DNA from: the human T2T-CHM13v2.0 reference genome, Homo sapiens
DNA length: 64,000 nucleotides
Assembly (NCBI RefSeq): GCF_009914755.1
Contig: NC_060937.1
Strand: one strand, 5' to 3'
How positions within the stretch are numbered: position 1 is the first letter of the stretch; the number at the start of each line of letters is the position of its first letter. The position numbers and the translations under genes are program-made. Positions 9,801 through 25,200 of this stretch are shown here, piece by piece. The notes beneath the pieces were generated by a model. It did no database searches and was not told where the DNA came from. It worked only from the letters and a program-made list of their open reading frames with translations.

Positions 9801-12800
9801 TGAGAGGGCTTCTGTCTAGATTTTAGATGATGATATTCCCGTTTCCAACGAAATCATTAGAGCTATCCAAATATCCACTTACAGTTTCTACAAAAAGAGT
9901 GTTTCCAAACTGCTGCATCAAAAGAGAGGTTCCACTCTGTTAGCTGAGTACACACATCACAAACTTGTTTCTCAGAATCCTTCTGTCTCGTTTTTCTGGG
10001 AAGATATTTACTTTTTCACCGTAGGCATCAAAGCGCTCCAAATGTCCACATCCAGATACTCCAGAAAGAGTGTTTCAAACCTGCTCTATGAAAGGGAATC
10101 TTCAACTCTATGAGTTGAATGCAGACATCAGAAAGAAATTTCTGAGAATGCTGCTGTCTACCTTTTATTTGAATTCCCGCTTCCAACGAAATCCTCCAAG
10201 CTATCCAAATATCCACTTGCAGATTCCACAAAAAGAGTGTTTCAAAACTGCTCTCTATCAATGGCAAAGTTCAACTCTGTTAGTTGAGGACACATATCAC
10301 CAACAAGTTTCTGAGAATGCTTCTGTCTATTTTTTATGGGAAGATATTTCCTTTTTCACCGTAGGCGTCAAGGCGATCGAAATGTCCACTTCCACAAACT
10401 ACAAAAAGAGTGTTTCAAACCTGCTCTATGAAAGGCCATGTTCATCTCTATGAGTCGAATGGAAATATCCGAAAGAAATTTCTGGGAATGCTGCTGTCTA
10501 GTTTTTATACGAATTCCCGCTTCCAACGAAATCCTCAAAGCAATCCAAATATCCACTTGCAGAATCCACAAAAAGAGTGTTTCAAAACTGCTCTATCAAT
10601 AGAAAGGTTCAACTCTTTTAGTTGAGTACACACATCACAAACAAGTTTCTGAGAATGCTTCTGTCTGGCTTTTATTGGAAGACGTTTCCTTTTCACCAAA
10701 GGCATCAAAGCGCTCCAAATGTCCACTTCCAGATTCTTCCAAAAGAGTGTTTGAAACGTGCTCAAAGTAAGGGAATGTTCAACTCTGTGACTTGAATGCA
10801 GATATCACCAAGTAGTTTCTAATAGTGCTTCTGTCTAGATTTTAGATGATGATATTCCCGTTTCCAACGAAATCGTTAGAGCTATCCAAATATCCACTTA
10901 CAGTTTCTACAAAAAGAGTGTTTCCAAACTGCTGCATCAAAAGAAAGGTTCAACTCTGTTAGTTGAGGACACACGTCACAAAGAAGTTTGTGAGAATGCT
11001 TCTGTCTAGATTTTGTATGACCATATTCCCTTTTCCAGCGATATCATTAAAGCAATCTAAATATCCATTTGCAGAATCCACAAAAATAGAGTTTCAAAGC
11101 TGCTCTGTAAAAAGAAAGGTTCCACTCTGTTAGCTGAGTACACACATCACAAACTTGTTTCTCAGAATCCTTCTGTCTCGTTTTTATGGGAAGATATTTA
11201 CTTTTTCACCGTAGGCATCAAAGCGCTCCAAATGTCCACATCCAGATACTCCAGAAAGAGTGTTTCAAACCTGCTCTATGAAAGGGAATCTTCAACTCTA
11301 TGAGTTGAATGCAGACATCAGAAAGAAATTTCTGAGAATGCTGCTGTCTACCTTTTATTTGAATTCCCGCTTCCAACGAAATCCTCCAAGCTATCCAAAT
11401 ATCCACCTGCATTTTCCACAAAAAGAGCGTTTCAAAACTGCTCTATCAATAGAAATGTTCAACTCCTTTGGCTGGGTACACACATCACAAACAAGTTTCT
11501 GAGAATGCTTCTGTCTAGTTTTTATGGGAAGACATTCCCTTTTTCACCAAAGGCATCAAAGCGCTCCAAATGTCCACTTCCAGACACTACAAAAAGAGTG
11601 TTTCCAACGTGCTCTAAGAAAGCGAATGTTCAACTCTGTGACTTGAATGCAGATATCACAAAGTAGTTTCTGAGAGGGCTTCTGTGTAGATTTTAGATGA
11701 TGATATTCCCGTTTCCAACGAAATCATTAGAGCTATCCAAATATCCACTTACAGTTTCTACAAAAAGAGTGTTTCCAAACTGCTGCATCAAAAGAGAGGT
11801 TCCACTCTGTTAGCTGAGTACACACATCACAAACTTGTTTCTCAGAATCCTTCTGTCTCGTTTTTCTGGGAAGATATTTACTTTTTCACCGTAGGCATCA
11901 AAGCGCTCCAAATGTCCACATCCAGATACTCCAGAAAGAGTGTTTCAAACCTGCTCTATGAAAGGGAATCTTCAACTCTATGAGTTGAATGCAGACATCA
12001 GAAAGAAATTTCTGAGAATGCTGCTGTCTACCTTTTATTTGAATTCCCGCTTCCAACGAAATCCTCCAAGCTATCCAAATATCCACTTGCAGATTCCACA
12101 AAAAGAGTGTTTCAAAACTGCTCTCTATCAATGGCAAAGTTCAACTCTGTTAGTTGAGGACACATATCACCAACAAGTTTCTGAGAATGCTTCTGTCTAT
12201 TTTTTATGGGAAGATATTTCCTTTTTCACCGTAGGCGTCAAGGCGATCGAAATGTCCACTTCCACAAACTACAAAAAGAGTGTTTCAAACCTGCTCTATG
12301 AAAGGCCATGTTCATCTCTATGAGTCGAATGGAAATATCCGAAAGAAATTTCTGGGAATGCTGCTGTCTAGTTTTTATACGAATTCCCGCTTCCAACGAA
12401 ATCCTCAAAGCAATCCAAATATCCACTTGCAGAATCCACAAAAAGAGTGTTTCAAAACTGCTCTATCAATAGAAAGGTTCAACTCTTTTAGTTGAGTACA
12501 CACATCACAAACAAGTTTCTGAGAATGCTTCTGTCTGGCTTTTATTGGAAGACGTTTCCTTTTCACCAAAGGCATCAAAGCGCTCCAAATGTCCACTTCC
12601 AGATTCTTCCAAAAGAGTGTTTGAAACGTGCTCAAAGTAAGGGAATGTTCAACTCTGTGACTTGAATGCAGATATCACCAAGTAGTTTCTAATAGTGCTT
12701 CTGTCTAGATTTTAGATGATGATATTCCCGTTTCCAACGAAATCGTTAGAGCTATCCAAATATCCACTTACAGTTGCTACAAAAAGAGTGTTTCCAAACT

Positions 12801-15800
12801 GCTGCATCAAAAGAAAGGTTCAACTCTGTTAGTTGAGGACACACATCACAAAGAAGTTTGTGAGAATGCTTCTGTCTAGATTTTGTATGACCATATTCCC
12901 TTTTCCAGCGATATCATTAAAGCAATCTAAATATCCATTTGCAGAATCCACAAAAATAGAGTTTCAAAGCTGCTCTGTAAAAAGAAAGGTTCCACTCTGT
13001 TAGCTGAGTACACACATCACAAACTTGTTTCTCAGAATCCTTCTGTCTCGTTTTTATGGGAAGATATTTACTTTTTCACCGTAGGCATCAAAGCGCTCCA
13101 AATGTCCACATCCAGATACTCCAGAAAGAGTGTTTCAAACCTGCTCTATGAAAGGGAATCTTCAACTCTATGAGTTGAATGGAGACATCAGAAAGAAATT
13201 TCTGAGAATGCTGCTGTCTACCTTTTATTTGAATTCCCGCTTCCAACGAAATCCTCCAAGCTATCCAAATATCCACCTGCATTTTCCACAAAAAGAGCGT
13301 TTCAAAACTGCTCTATCAATAGAAATGTTCAACTCCTTTGGCTGGGTACACACATCACAAACAAGTTTCTGAGAATGCTTCTGTCTAGTTTTTATGGGAA
13401 GACATTCCCTTTTTCACCAAAGGCATCAAAGCGCTCCAAATGTCCACTTCCAGACACTACAAAAAGAGTGTTTCCAACGTGCTCTAAGAAAGCGAATGTT
13501 CAACTCTGTGACTTGAATGCAGATATCACAAAGTAGTTTCTGAGAGGGCTTCTGTCTAGATTTTAGATGATGATATTCCCGTTTCCAACGAAATCATTAG
13601 AGCTATCCAAATATCCACTTACAGTTTCTACAAAAAGAGTGTTTCCAAACTGCTGCATCAAAAGAGAGGTTCCACTCTGTTAGCTGAGTACACACATCAC
13701 AAACTTGTTTCTCAGAATCCTTCTGTCTCGTTTTTCTGGGAAGATATTTACTTTTTCACCGTAGGCATCAAAGCGCTCCAAATGTCCACATCCAGATACT
13801 CCAGAAAGAGTGTTTCAAACCTGCTCTATGAAAGGGAATCTTCAACTCTATGAGTTGAATGCAGACATCAGAAAGAAATTTCTGAGAATGCTGCTGTCTA
13901 CCTTTTATTTGAATTCCCGCTTCCAACGAAATCCTCCAAGCTATCCAAATATCCACTTGCAGATTCCACAAAAAGAGTGTTTCAAAACTGCTCTCTATCA
14001 ATGGCAAAGTTCAACTCTGTTAGTTGAGGACACATATCACCAACAAGTTTCTGAGAATGCTTCTGTCTATTTTTTATGGGAAGATATTTCCTTTTTCACC
14101 GTAGGCGTCAAGGCGATCGAAATGTCCACTTCCACAAACTACAAAAAGAGTGTTTCAAACCTGCTCTATGAAAGGCCATGTTCATCTCTATGAGTCGAAT
14201 GGAAATATCCGAAAGAAATTTCTGGGAATGCTGCTGTCTAGTTTTTATACGAATTCCCGCTTCCAACGAAATCCTCAAAGCAATCCAAATATCCACTTGC
14301 AGAATCCACAAAAAGAGTGTTTCAAAACTGCTCTATCAATAGAAAGGTTCAACTCTTTTAGTTGAGTACACACATCACAAACAAGTTTCTGAGAATGCTT
14401 CTGTCTGGCTTTTATTGGAAGACGTTTCCTTTTCACCAAAGGCATCAAAGCGCTCCAAATGTCCACTTCCAGATTCTTCCAAAAGAGTGTTTGAAACGTG
14501 CTCAAAGTAAGGGAATGTTCAACTCTGTGACTTGAATGCAGATATCACCAAGTAGTTTCTAATAGTGCTTCTGTCTAGATTTTAGATGATGATATTCCCG
14601 TTTCCAACGAAATCGTTAGAGCTATCCAAATATCCACTTACAGTTGCTACAAAAACAGTGTTTCCAAACTGCTGCATCAAAAGAAAGGTTCAACTCTGTT
14701 AGTTGAGGACACACGTCACAAAGAAGTTTGTGAGAATGCTTCTGTCTAGATTTTGTATGACGATATTCCCTTTTCCAACGATATCGTTAAAGCAATCTAA
14801 ATATCCATTTGCAGAATCCACAAAAATAGAGTTTCAAAGCTGCTCTGTAAAAAGAAAGGTTCCACTCTGTTAGCTGAGTACACACATCACAAACTTGTTT
14901 CTGAGAATCCTTCTGTCTCGTTTTTATGGGAAGATATTTACTTTTTCACCGTAGGCATCAAAGCGCTCCAAATGTCCACATCCAGATACTCCAGAAAGAG
15001 TGTTTCAAACCTGCTCTATGAAAGGGAATCTTCAACTCTATGAGTTGAATGCAGACATCAGAAAGAAATTTCTGAGAATGCTGCTGTCTACCTTTTATTT
15101 GAATTCCCGCTTCCAACGAAATCCTCCAAGCTATCCAAATATCCACTTGCAGATTCCACAAAAAGAGTGTTTCAAAACTGCTCTCTATCAATGGCAAAGT
15201 TCAACTCTGTTAGTTGAGGACACATATCACCAACAAGTTTCTGAGAATGCTTCTGTCTATTTTTTATGGGAAGATATTTCCTTTTTCACCGTAGGCGTCA
15301 AGGCGATCGAAATGTCCACTTCCACAAACTACAAAAAGAGTGTTTCAAACCTGCTCTATGAAAGGCCATGTTCATCTCTATGAGTCGAATGGAAATATCC
15401 GAAAGAAATTTCTGGGAATGCTGCTGTCTAGTTTTTATACGAATTCCCGCTTCCAACGAAATCCTCAAAGCAATCCAAATATCCACTTGCAGAATCCACA
15501 AAAAGAGTGTTTCAAAACTGCTCTATCAATAGAAAGGTTCAACTCTTTTAGTTGAGTACACACATCACAAACAAGTTTCTGAGAATGCTTCTGTCTGGCT
15601 TTTATTGGAAGACGTTTCCTTTTCACCAAAGGCATCAAAGCGCTCCAAATGTCCACTTCCAGATTCTTCCAAAAGAGTGTTTGAAACGTGCTCAAAGTAA
15701 GGGAATGTTCAACTCTGTGACTTGAATGCAGATATCACCAAGTAGTTTCTAATAGTGCTTCTGTCTAGATTTTAGATGATGATATTCCCGTTTCCAACGA

Positions 15801-17340
15801 AATCGTTAGAGCTATCCAAATATCCACTTACAGTTTCTACAAAAAGAGTGTTTCCAAACTGCTGCATCAAAAGAAAGGTTCAACTCTGTTAGTTGAGGAC
15901 ACACGTCACAAAGAAGTTTGTGAGAATGCTTCTGTCTAGATTTTGTATGACCATATTCCCTTTTCCAGCGATATCATTAAAGCAATCTAAATATCCATTT
16001 GCAGAATCCACAAAAATAGAGTTTCAAAGCTGCTCTGTAAAAAGAAAGGTTCCACTCTGTTAGCTGAGTACACACATCACAAACTTGTTTCTGAGAATCC
16101 TTCTGTCTCGTTTTTATGGGAAGATATTTACTTTTTCACCGTAGGCATCAAAGCGCTCCAAATGTCCACATCCAGATACTCCAGAAAGAGTGTTTCAAAC
16201 CTGCTCTATGAAAGGGAATCTTCAACTCTATGAGTTGAATGCAGACATCAGAAAGAAATTTCTGAGAATGCTGCTGTCTACCTTTTATTTGAACTCCCGC
16301 TTCCAACGAAATCCTCCAAGCTATCCAAATATCCACCTGCATTTTCCACAAAAAGAGCGCTTCAAAACTGCTCTATCAATAGAAATGTTCAACTCCTTTG
16401 GCTGGGTACACACATCACAAACAAGTTTCTGAGAATGCTTCTGTCTAGTTTTTATGGGAAGACATTCCCTTTTTCACCAAAGGCATCAAAGCGCTCCAAA
16501 TGTCCACTTCCAGACACTACAAAAAGAGTGTTTCCAACGTGCTCTAAGAAAGCGAATGTTCAACTCTGTGACTTGAATGCAGATATCACAAAGTAGTTTC
16601 TGAGAGGGCTTCTGTCTAGATTTTAGATGATGATATTCCCGTTTCCAACGAAATCATTAGAGCTATCCAAATATCCACTTACAGTTTCTACAAAAAGAGT
16701 GTTTCCAAACTGCTGCATCAAAAGAGAGGTTCCACTCTGTTAGCTGAGTACACACATCACAAACTTGTTTCTGAGAATCCTTCTGTGTCGTTTTTATGGG
16801 AAGATATTTACTTTTTCACCGTAGGCATCAAAGCGCTCCAAATGTCCACATCCAGATACTCCAGAAAGAGTGTTTCAAACCTGCTCTATGAAAGGGAATC
16901 TTCAACTCTATGAGTTGAATGCAGACATCAGAAAGAAATTTCTGAGAATGCTGCTGTCTACCTTTTATTTGAATTCCCGCTTCCAACGAAATCCTCCAAG
17001 CTATCCAAATATCCACTTGCAGATTCCACAAAAAGAGTGTTTCAAAACTGCTCTCTATCAATGGCAAAGTTCAACTCTGTTAGTTGAGGACACATATCAC
17101 CAACAAGTTTCTGAGAATGCTTCTGTCTATTTTTTATGGGAAGATATTTCCTTTTTCACCGTAGGCGTCAAGGCGATCGAAATGTCCACTTCCACAAACT
17201 ACAAAAAGAGTGTTTCAAACCTGCTCTATGAAAGGCCATGTTCATCTCTATGAGTCGAATGGAAATATCCGAAAGAAATTTCTGGGAATGCTGCTGTCTA
17301 GTTTTTATACGAATTCCCGCTTCCAACGAAATCCTCAAAG

Positions 17341-19208
17341 CAATCCAAATATCCACTTGCAGAATCCACAAAAAGAGTGTTTCAAAACTGCTCTATCAAT
17401 AGAAAGGTTCAACTCTTTTAGTTGAGTACACACATCACAAACAAGTTTCTGAGAATGCTTCTGTCTGGCTTTTATTGTAAGACGTTTCCTTTTCACCAAA
17501 GGCATCAAAGCGCTCCAAATGTCCACTTCCAGATTCTTCCAAAAGAGTGTTTGAAACGTGCTCAAAGTAAGGGAATGTTCAACTCTGTGACTTGAATGCA
17601 GATATCACCAAGTAGTTTCTAATAGTGCTTCTGTCTAGATTTTAGATGATGATATTCCCGTTTCCAACGAAATCGTTAGAGCTATCCAAATATCCACTTA
17701 CAGTTTCTACAAAAAGAGTGTTTCCAAACTGCTGCATCAAAAGAAAGGTTCAACTCTGTTAGTTGAGGACACACATCACAAAGAAGTTTGTGAGAATGCT
17801 TCTGTCTAGATTTTGTATGACCATATTCCCTTTTCCAGCGATATCATTAAAGCAATCTAAATATCCATTTGCAGAATCCACAAAAATAGGGTTTCAAAGC
17901 TGCTCTGTAAAAAGAAAGGTTCCACTCTGTTAGCTGAGTACACACATCACAAACTTGTTTCTGAGAATCCTTCTGTCTCGTTTTTATGGGAAGATATTTA
18001 CTTTTTCACCGTAGGCATCAAAGCGCTCCAAATGTCCACATCCAGATACTCCAGAAAGAGTGTTTCAAACCTGCTCTATGAAAGGGAATCTTCAACTCTA
18101 TGAGTTGAATGCAGACATCAGAAAGAAATTTCTGAGAATGCTGCTGTCTACCTTTTATTTGAACTCCCGCTTCCAACGAAATCCTCCAAGCTATCCAAAT
18201 ATCCACTTGCATTTTCCACAAAAAGAGTGCTTCAAAACTGCTCTATCAATAAATGTTCAACTCCTTTAGCTGGGTGCACACATCACAAACAAGTTTCTGA
18301 GAATGCTTCTGTCTAGTTTTTATGGGAAGACATTCCCTTTTTCACCAAAGGCATCAAAGCGCTCCAAATGTCCACTTCCAGACACTACAAAAAGAGTGTT
18401 TCCAACGTGCTCTAAGAAAGCGAATGTTCAACTCTGTGACTTGAATGCAGATATCACAAAGTAGTTTCTGAGAGGGCTTCTGTCTAGATTTTAGATGATG
18501 ATATTCCCGTTTCCAACGAAATCATTAGAGCTATCCAAATATCCACTTACAGTTTCTACAAAAAGAGTGTTTCCAAACTGCTGCATCAAAAGAGAGGTTC
18601 CACTCTGTTAGCTGAGTACACACATCACAAACTTGTTTCTGAGAATCCTTCTGTGTCGTTTTTATGGGAAGATATTTACTTTTTCACCGTAGGCATCAAA
18701 GCGCTCCAAATGTCCACATCCAGATACTCCAGAAAGAGTGTTTCAAACCTGCTCTATGAAAGGGAATCTTCAACTCTATGAGTTGAATGCAGACATCAGA
18801 AAGAAATTTCTGAGAATGCTGCTGTCTACCTTTTATTTGAATTCCCGCTTCCAACGAAATCCTCCAAGCTATCCAAATATCCACTTGCAGATTCCACAAA
18901 AAGAGTGTTTCAAAACTGCTCTCTATCAATGGCAAAGTTCAACTCTGTTAGTTGAGGACACATATCACCAACAAGTTTCTGAGAATGCTTCTGTCTATTT
19001 TTTATGGGAAGATATTTCCTTTTTCACCGTAGGCGTCAAGGCGATCGAAATGTCCACTTCCACAAACTACAAAAAGAGTGTTTCAAACCTGCTCTATGAA
19101 AGGCCATGTTCATCTCTATGAGTCGAATGGAAATATCCGAAAGAAATTTCTGGGAATGCTGCTGTCTAGTTTTTATACGAATTCCCGCTTCCAACGAAAT
19201 CCTCAAAG
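17341..19208 (-). repeat. Representative 1868-bp 11-mer variant. Other copies start at 20399, 23457, 26515, 29573 and 54725
   Basis: A 2-bp deletion (CAATAGAAATG to CAATAAATG, near 18250) occurs with linked SNPs. The 80-aa ORF becomes 69 aa in exactly these six units. Confidence 0.93.
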
Positions 19209-22200
19209 CAATCCAAATATCCACTTGCAGAATCCACAAAAAGAGTGTTTCAAAACTGCTCTATCAATAGAAAGGTTCAACTCTTTTAGTTGAGTACACA
19301 CATCACAAACAAGTTTCTGAGAATGCTTCTGTCTGGCTTTTATTGGAAGACGTTTCCTTTTCACCAAAGGCATCAAAGCGCTCCAAATGTCCACTTCCAG
19401 ATTCTTCCAAAAGAGTGTTTGAAACGTGCTCAAAGTAAGGGAATGTTCAACTCTGTGACTTGAATGCAGATATCACCAAGTAGTTTCTAATAGTGCTTCT
19501 GTCTAGATTTTAGATGATGATATTCCCGTTTCCAACGAAATCGTTAGAGCTATCCAAATATCCACTTACAGTTGCTACAAAAACAGTGTTTCCAAACTGC
19601 TGCATCAAAAGAAAGGTTCAACTCTGTTAGTTGAGGACACACGTCACAAAGAAGTTTGTGAGAATGCTTCTGTCTAGATTTTGTATGACGATATTCCCTT
19701 TTCCAACGATATCGTTAAAGCAATCTAAATATCCATTTGCAGAATCCACAAAAATAGAGTTTCAAAGCTGCTCTGTAAAAAGAAAGGTTCCACTCTGTTA
19801 GCTGAGTACACACATCACAAACTTGTTTCTCAGAATCCTTCTGTCTCGTTTTTATGGGAAGATATTTACTTTTTCACCGTAGGCATCAAAGCGCTCCAAA
19901 TGTCCACATCCAGATACTCCAGAAAGAGTGTTTCAAACCTGCTCTATGAAAGGGAATCTTCAACTCTATGAGTTGAATGCAGACATCAGAAAGAAATTTC
20001 TGAGAATGCTGCTGTCTACCTTTTATTTGAATTCCCGCTTCCAACGAAATCCTCCAAGCTATCCAAATATCCACTTGCAGATTCCACAAAAAGAGTGTTT
20101 CAAAACTGCTCTCTATCAATGGCAAAGTTCAACTCTGTTAGTTGAGGACACATATCACCAACAAGTTTCTGAGAATGCTTCTGTCTATTTTTTATGGGAA
20201 GATATTTCCTTTTTCACCGTAGGCGTCAAGGCGATCGAAATGTCCACTTCCACAAACTACAAAAAGAGTGTTTCAAACCTGCTCTATGAAAGGCCATGTT
20301 CATCTCTATGAGTCGAATGGAAATATCCGAAAGAAATTTCTGGGAATGCTGCTGTCTAGTTTTTATACGAATTCCCGCTTCCAACGAAATCCTCAAAGCA
20401 ATCCAAATATCCACTTGCAGAATCCACAAAAAGAGTGTTTCAAAACTGCTCTATCAATAGAAAGGTTCAACTCTTTTAGTTGAGTACACACATCACAAAC
20501 AAGTTTCTGAGAATGCTTCTGTCTGGCTTTTATTGGAAGACGTTTCCTTTTCACCAAAGGCATCAAAGCGCTCCAAATGTCCACTTCCAGATTCTTCCAA
20601 AAGAGTGTTTGAAACGTGCTCAAAGTAAGGGAATGTTCAACTCTGTGACTTGAATGCAGATATCACCAAGTAGTTTCTAATAGTGCTTCTGTCTAGATTT
20701 TAGATGATGATATTCCCGTTTCCAACGAAATCGTTAGAGCTATCCAAATATCCACTTACAGTTTCTACAAAAAGAGTGTTTCCAAACTGCTGCATCAAAA
20801 GAAAGGTTCAACTCTGTTAGTTGAGGACACACATCACAAGGAAGTTTGTGAGAATGCTTCTGTCTAGATTTTGTATGACCATATTCCCTTTTCCAGCGAT
20901 ATCATTAAAGCAATCTAAATATCCATTTGCAGAATCCACAAAAATAGAGTTTCAAAGCTGCTCTGTAAAAAGAAAGGTTCCACTCTGTTAGCTGAGTACA
21001 CACATCACAAACTTGTTTCTGAGAATCCTTCTGTCTCGTTTTTATGGGAAGATATTTACTTTTTCACCGTAGGCATCAAAGCGCTCCAAATGTCCACATC
21101 CAGATACTCCAGAAAGAGTGTTTCAAACCTGCTCTATGAAAGGGAATCTTCAACTCTATGAGTTGAATGCAGACATCAGAAAGAAATTTCTGAGAATGCT
21201 GCTGTCTACCTTTTATTTGAACTCCCGCTTCCAACGAAATCCTCCAAGCTATCCAAATATCCACTTGCATTTTCCACAAAAAGAGTGCTTCAAAACTGCT
21301 CTATCAATAAATGTTCAACTCCTTTAGCTGGGTGCACACATCACAAACAAGTTTCTGAGAATGCTTCTGTCTAGTTTTTATGGGAAGACATTCCCTTTTT
21401 CACCAAAGGCATCAAAGCGCTCCAAATGTCCACTTCCAGACACTACAAAAAGAGTGTTTCCAACGTGCTCTAAGAAAGCGAATGTTCAACTCTGTGACTT
21501 GAATGCAGATATCACAAAGTAGTTTCTGAGAGGGCTTCTGTCTAGATTTTAGATGATGATATTCCCGTTTCCAACGAAATCATTAGAGCTATCCAAATAT
21601 CCACTTACAGTTTCTACAAAAAGAGTGTTTCCAAACTGCTGCATCAAAAGAGAGGTTCCACTCTGTTAGCTGAGTACACACATCACAAACTTGTTTCTGA
21701 GAATCCTTCTGTCTCGTTTTTCTGGGAAGATATTTACTTTTTCACCGTAGGCATCAAAGCGCTCCAAATGTCCACATCCAGATACTCCAGAAAGAGTGTT
21801 TCAAACCTGCTCTATGAAAGGGAATCTTCAACTCTATGAGTTGAATGCAGACATCAGAAAGAAATTTCTGAGAATGCTGCTGTCTACCTTTTATTTGAAT
21901 TCCCGCTTCCAACGAAATCCTCCAAGCTATCCAAATATCCACTTGCAGATTCCACAAAAAGAGTGTTTCAAAACTGCTCTCTATCAATGGCAAAGTTCAA
22001 CTCTGTTAGTTGAGGACACATATCACCAACAAGTTTCTGAGAATGCTTCTGTCTATTTTTTATGGGAAGATATTTCCTTTTTCACCGTAGGCGTCAAGGC
22101 GATCGAAATGTCCACTTCCACAAACTACAAAAAGAGTGTTTCAAACCTGCTCTATGAAAGGCCATGTTCATCTCTATGAGTCGAATGGAAATATCCGAAA

Positions 22201-25200
22201 GAAATTTCTGGGAATGCTGCTGTCTAGTTTTTATACGAATTCCCGCTTCCAACGAAATCCTCAAAGCAATCCAAATATCCACTTGCAGAATCCACAAAAA
22301 GAGTGTTTCAAAACTGCTCTATCAATAGAAAGGTTCAACTCTTTTAGTTGAGTACACACATCACAAACAAGTTTCTGAGAATGCTTCTGTCTGGCTTTTA
22401 TTGGAAGACGTTTCCTTTTCACCAAAGGCATCAAAGCGCTCCAAATGTCCACTTCCAGATTCTTCCAAAAGAGTGTTTGAAACGTGCTCAAAGTAAGGGA
22501 ATGTTCAACTCTGTGACTTGAATGCAGATATCACCAAGTAGTTTCTAATAGTGCTTCTGTCTAGATTTTAGATGATGATATTCCCGTTTCCAACGAAATC
22601 GTTAGAGCTATCCAAATATCCACTTACAGTTGCTACAAAAACAGTGTTTCCAAACTGCTGCATCAAAAGAAAGGTTCAACTCTGTTAGTTGAGGACACAC
22701 GTCACAAAGAAGTTTGTGAGAATGCTTCTGTCTAGATTTTGTATGACGATATTCCCTTTTCCAACGATATCGTTAAAGCAATCTAAATATCCATTTGCAG
22801 AATCCACAAAAATAGAGTTTCAAAGCTGCTCTGTAAAAAGAAAGGTTCCACTCTGTTAGCTGAGTACACACATCACAAACTTGTTTCTCAGAATCCTTCT
22901 GTCTCGTTTTTATGGGAAGATATTTACTTTTTCACCGTAGGCATCAAAGCGCTCCAAATGTCCACATCCAGATACTCCAGAAAGAGTGTTTCAAACCTGC
23001 TCTATGAAAGGGAATCTTCAACTCTATGAGTTGAATGCAGACATCAGAAAGAAATTTCTGAGAATGCTGCTGTCTACCTTTTATTTGAATTCCCGCTTCC
23101 AACGAAATCCTCCAAGCTATCCAAATATCCACTTGCAGATTCCACAAAAAGAGTGTTTCAAAACTGCTCTCTATCAATGGCAAAGTTCAACTCTGTTAGT
23201 TGAGGACACATATCACCAACAAGTTTCTGAGAATGCTTCTGTCTATTTTTTATGGGAAGATATTTCCTTTTTCACCGTAGGCGTCAAGGCGATCGAAATG
23301 TCCACTTCCACAAACTACAAAAAGAGTGTTTCAAACCTGCTCTATGAAAGGCCATGTTCATCTCTATGAGTCGAATGGAAATATCCGAAAGAAATTTCTG
23401 GGAATGCTGCTGTCTAGTTTTTATACGAATTCCCGCTTCCAACGAAATCCTCAAAGCAATCCAAATATCCACTTGCAGAATCCACAAAAAGAGTGTTTCA
23501 AAACTGCTCTATCAATAGAAAGGTTCAACTCTTTTAGTTGAGTACACACATCACAAACAAGTTTCTGAGAATGCTTCTGTCTGGCTTTTATTGGAAGACG
23601 TTTCCTTTTCACCAAAGGCATCAAAGCGCTCCAAATGTCCACTTCCAGATTCTTCCAAAAGAGTGTTTGAAACGTGCTCAAAGTAAGGGAATGTTCAACT
23701 CTGTGACTTGAATGCAGATATCACCAAGTAGTTTCTAATAGTGCTTCTGTCTAGATTTTAGATGATGATATTCCCGTTTCCAACGAAATCGTTAGAGCTA
23801 TCCAAATATCCACTTACAGTTTCTACAAAAAGAGTGTTTCCAAACTGCTGCATCAAAAGAAAGGTTCAACTCTGTTAGTTGAGGACACACATCACAAGGA
23901 AGTTTGTGAGAATGCTTCTGTCTAGATTTTGTATGACCATATTCCCTTTTCCAGCGATATCATTAAAGCAATCTAAATATCCATTTGCAGAATCCACAAA
24001 AATAGAGTTTCAAAGCTGCTCTGTAAAAAGAAAGGTTCCACTCTGTTAGCTGAGTACACACATCACAAACTTGTTTCTGAGAATCCTTCTGTCTCGTTTT
24101 TATGGGAAGATATTTACTTTTTCACCGTAGGCATCAAAGCGCTCCAAATGTCCACATCCAGATACTCCAGAAAGAGTGTTTCAAACCTGCTCTATGAAAG
24201 GGAATCTTCAACTCTATGAGTTGAATGCAGACATCAGAAAGAAATTTCTGAGAATGCTGCTGTCTACCTTTTATTTGAACTCCCGCTTCCAACGAAATCC
24301 TCCAAGCTATCCAAATATCCACTTGCATTTTCCACAAAAAGAGTGCTTCAAAACTGCTCTATCAATAAATGTTCAACTCCTTTAGCTGGGTGCACACATC
24401 ACAAACAAGTTTCTGAGAATGCTTCTGTCTAGTTTTTATGGGAAGACATTCCCTTTTTCACCAAAGGCATCAAAGCGCTCCAAATGTCCACTTCCAGACA
24501 CTACAAAAAGAGTGTTTCCAACGTGCTCTAAGAAAGCGAATGTTCAACTCTGTGACTTGAATGCAGATATCACAAAGTAGTTTCTGAGAGGGCTTCTGTC
24601 TAGATTTTAGATGATGATATTCCCGTTTCCAACGAAATCATTAGAGCTATCCAAATATCCACTTACAGTTTCTACAAAAAGAGTGTTTCCAAACTGCTGC
24701 ATCAAAAGAGAGGTTCCACTCTGTTAGCTGAGTACACACATCACAAACTTGTTTCTGAGAATCCTTCTGTGTCGTTTTTATGGGAAGATATTTACTTTTT
24801 CACCGTAGGCATCAAAGCGCTCCAAATGTCCACATCCAGATACTCCAGAAAGAGTGTTTCAAACCTGCTCTATGAAAGGGAATCTTCAACTCTATGAGTT
24901 GAATGCAGACATCAGAAAGAAATTTCTGAGAATGCTGCTGTCTACCTTTTATTTGAATTCCCGCTTCCAACGAAATCCTCCAAGCTATCCAAATATCCAC
25001 TTGCAGATTCCACAAAAAGAGTGTTTCAAAACTGCTCTCTATCAATGGCAAAGTTCAACTCTGTTAGTTGAGGACACATATCACCAACAAGTTTCTGAGA
25101 ATGCTTCTGTCTATTTTTTATGGGAAGATATTTCCTTTTTCACCGTAGGCGTCAAGGCGATCGAAATGTCCACTTCCACAAACTACAAAAAGAGTGTTTC

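Larger units (their letters stand above)
1..16772. repeat. Tandem duplication with 8670-bp period (11-11-11-7-11)
   Basis: Unit order is the same in both copies, and rare markers recur at +8670 (3011/11681, 4511/13181, 7621/16291, 7681/16351). Confidence 0.9.
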
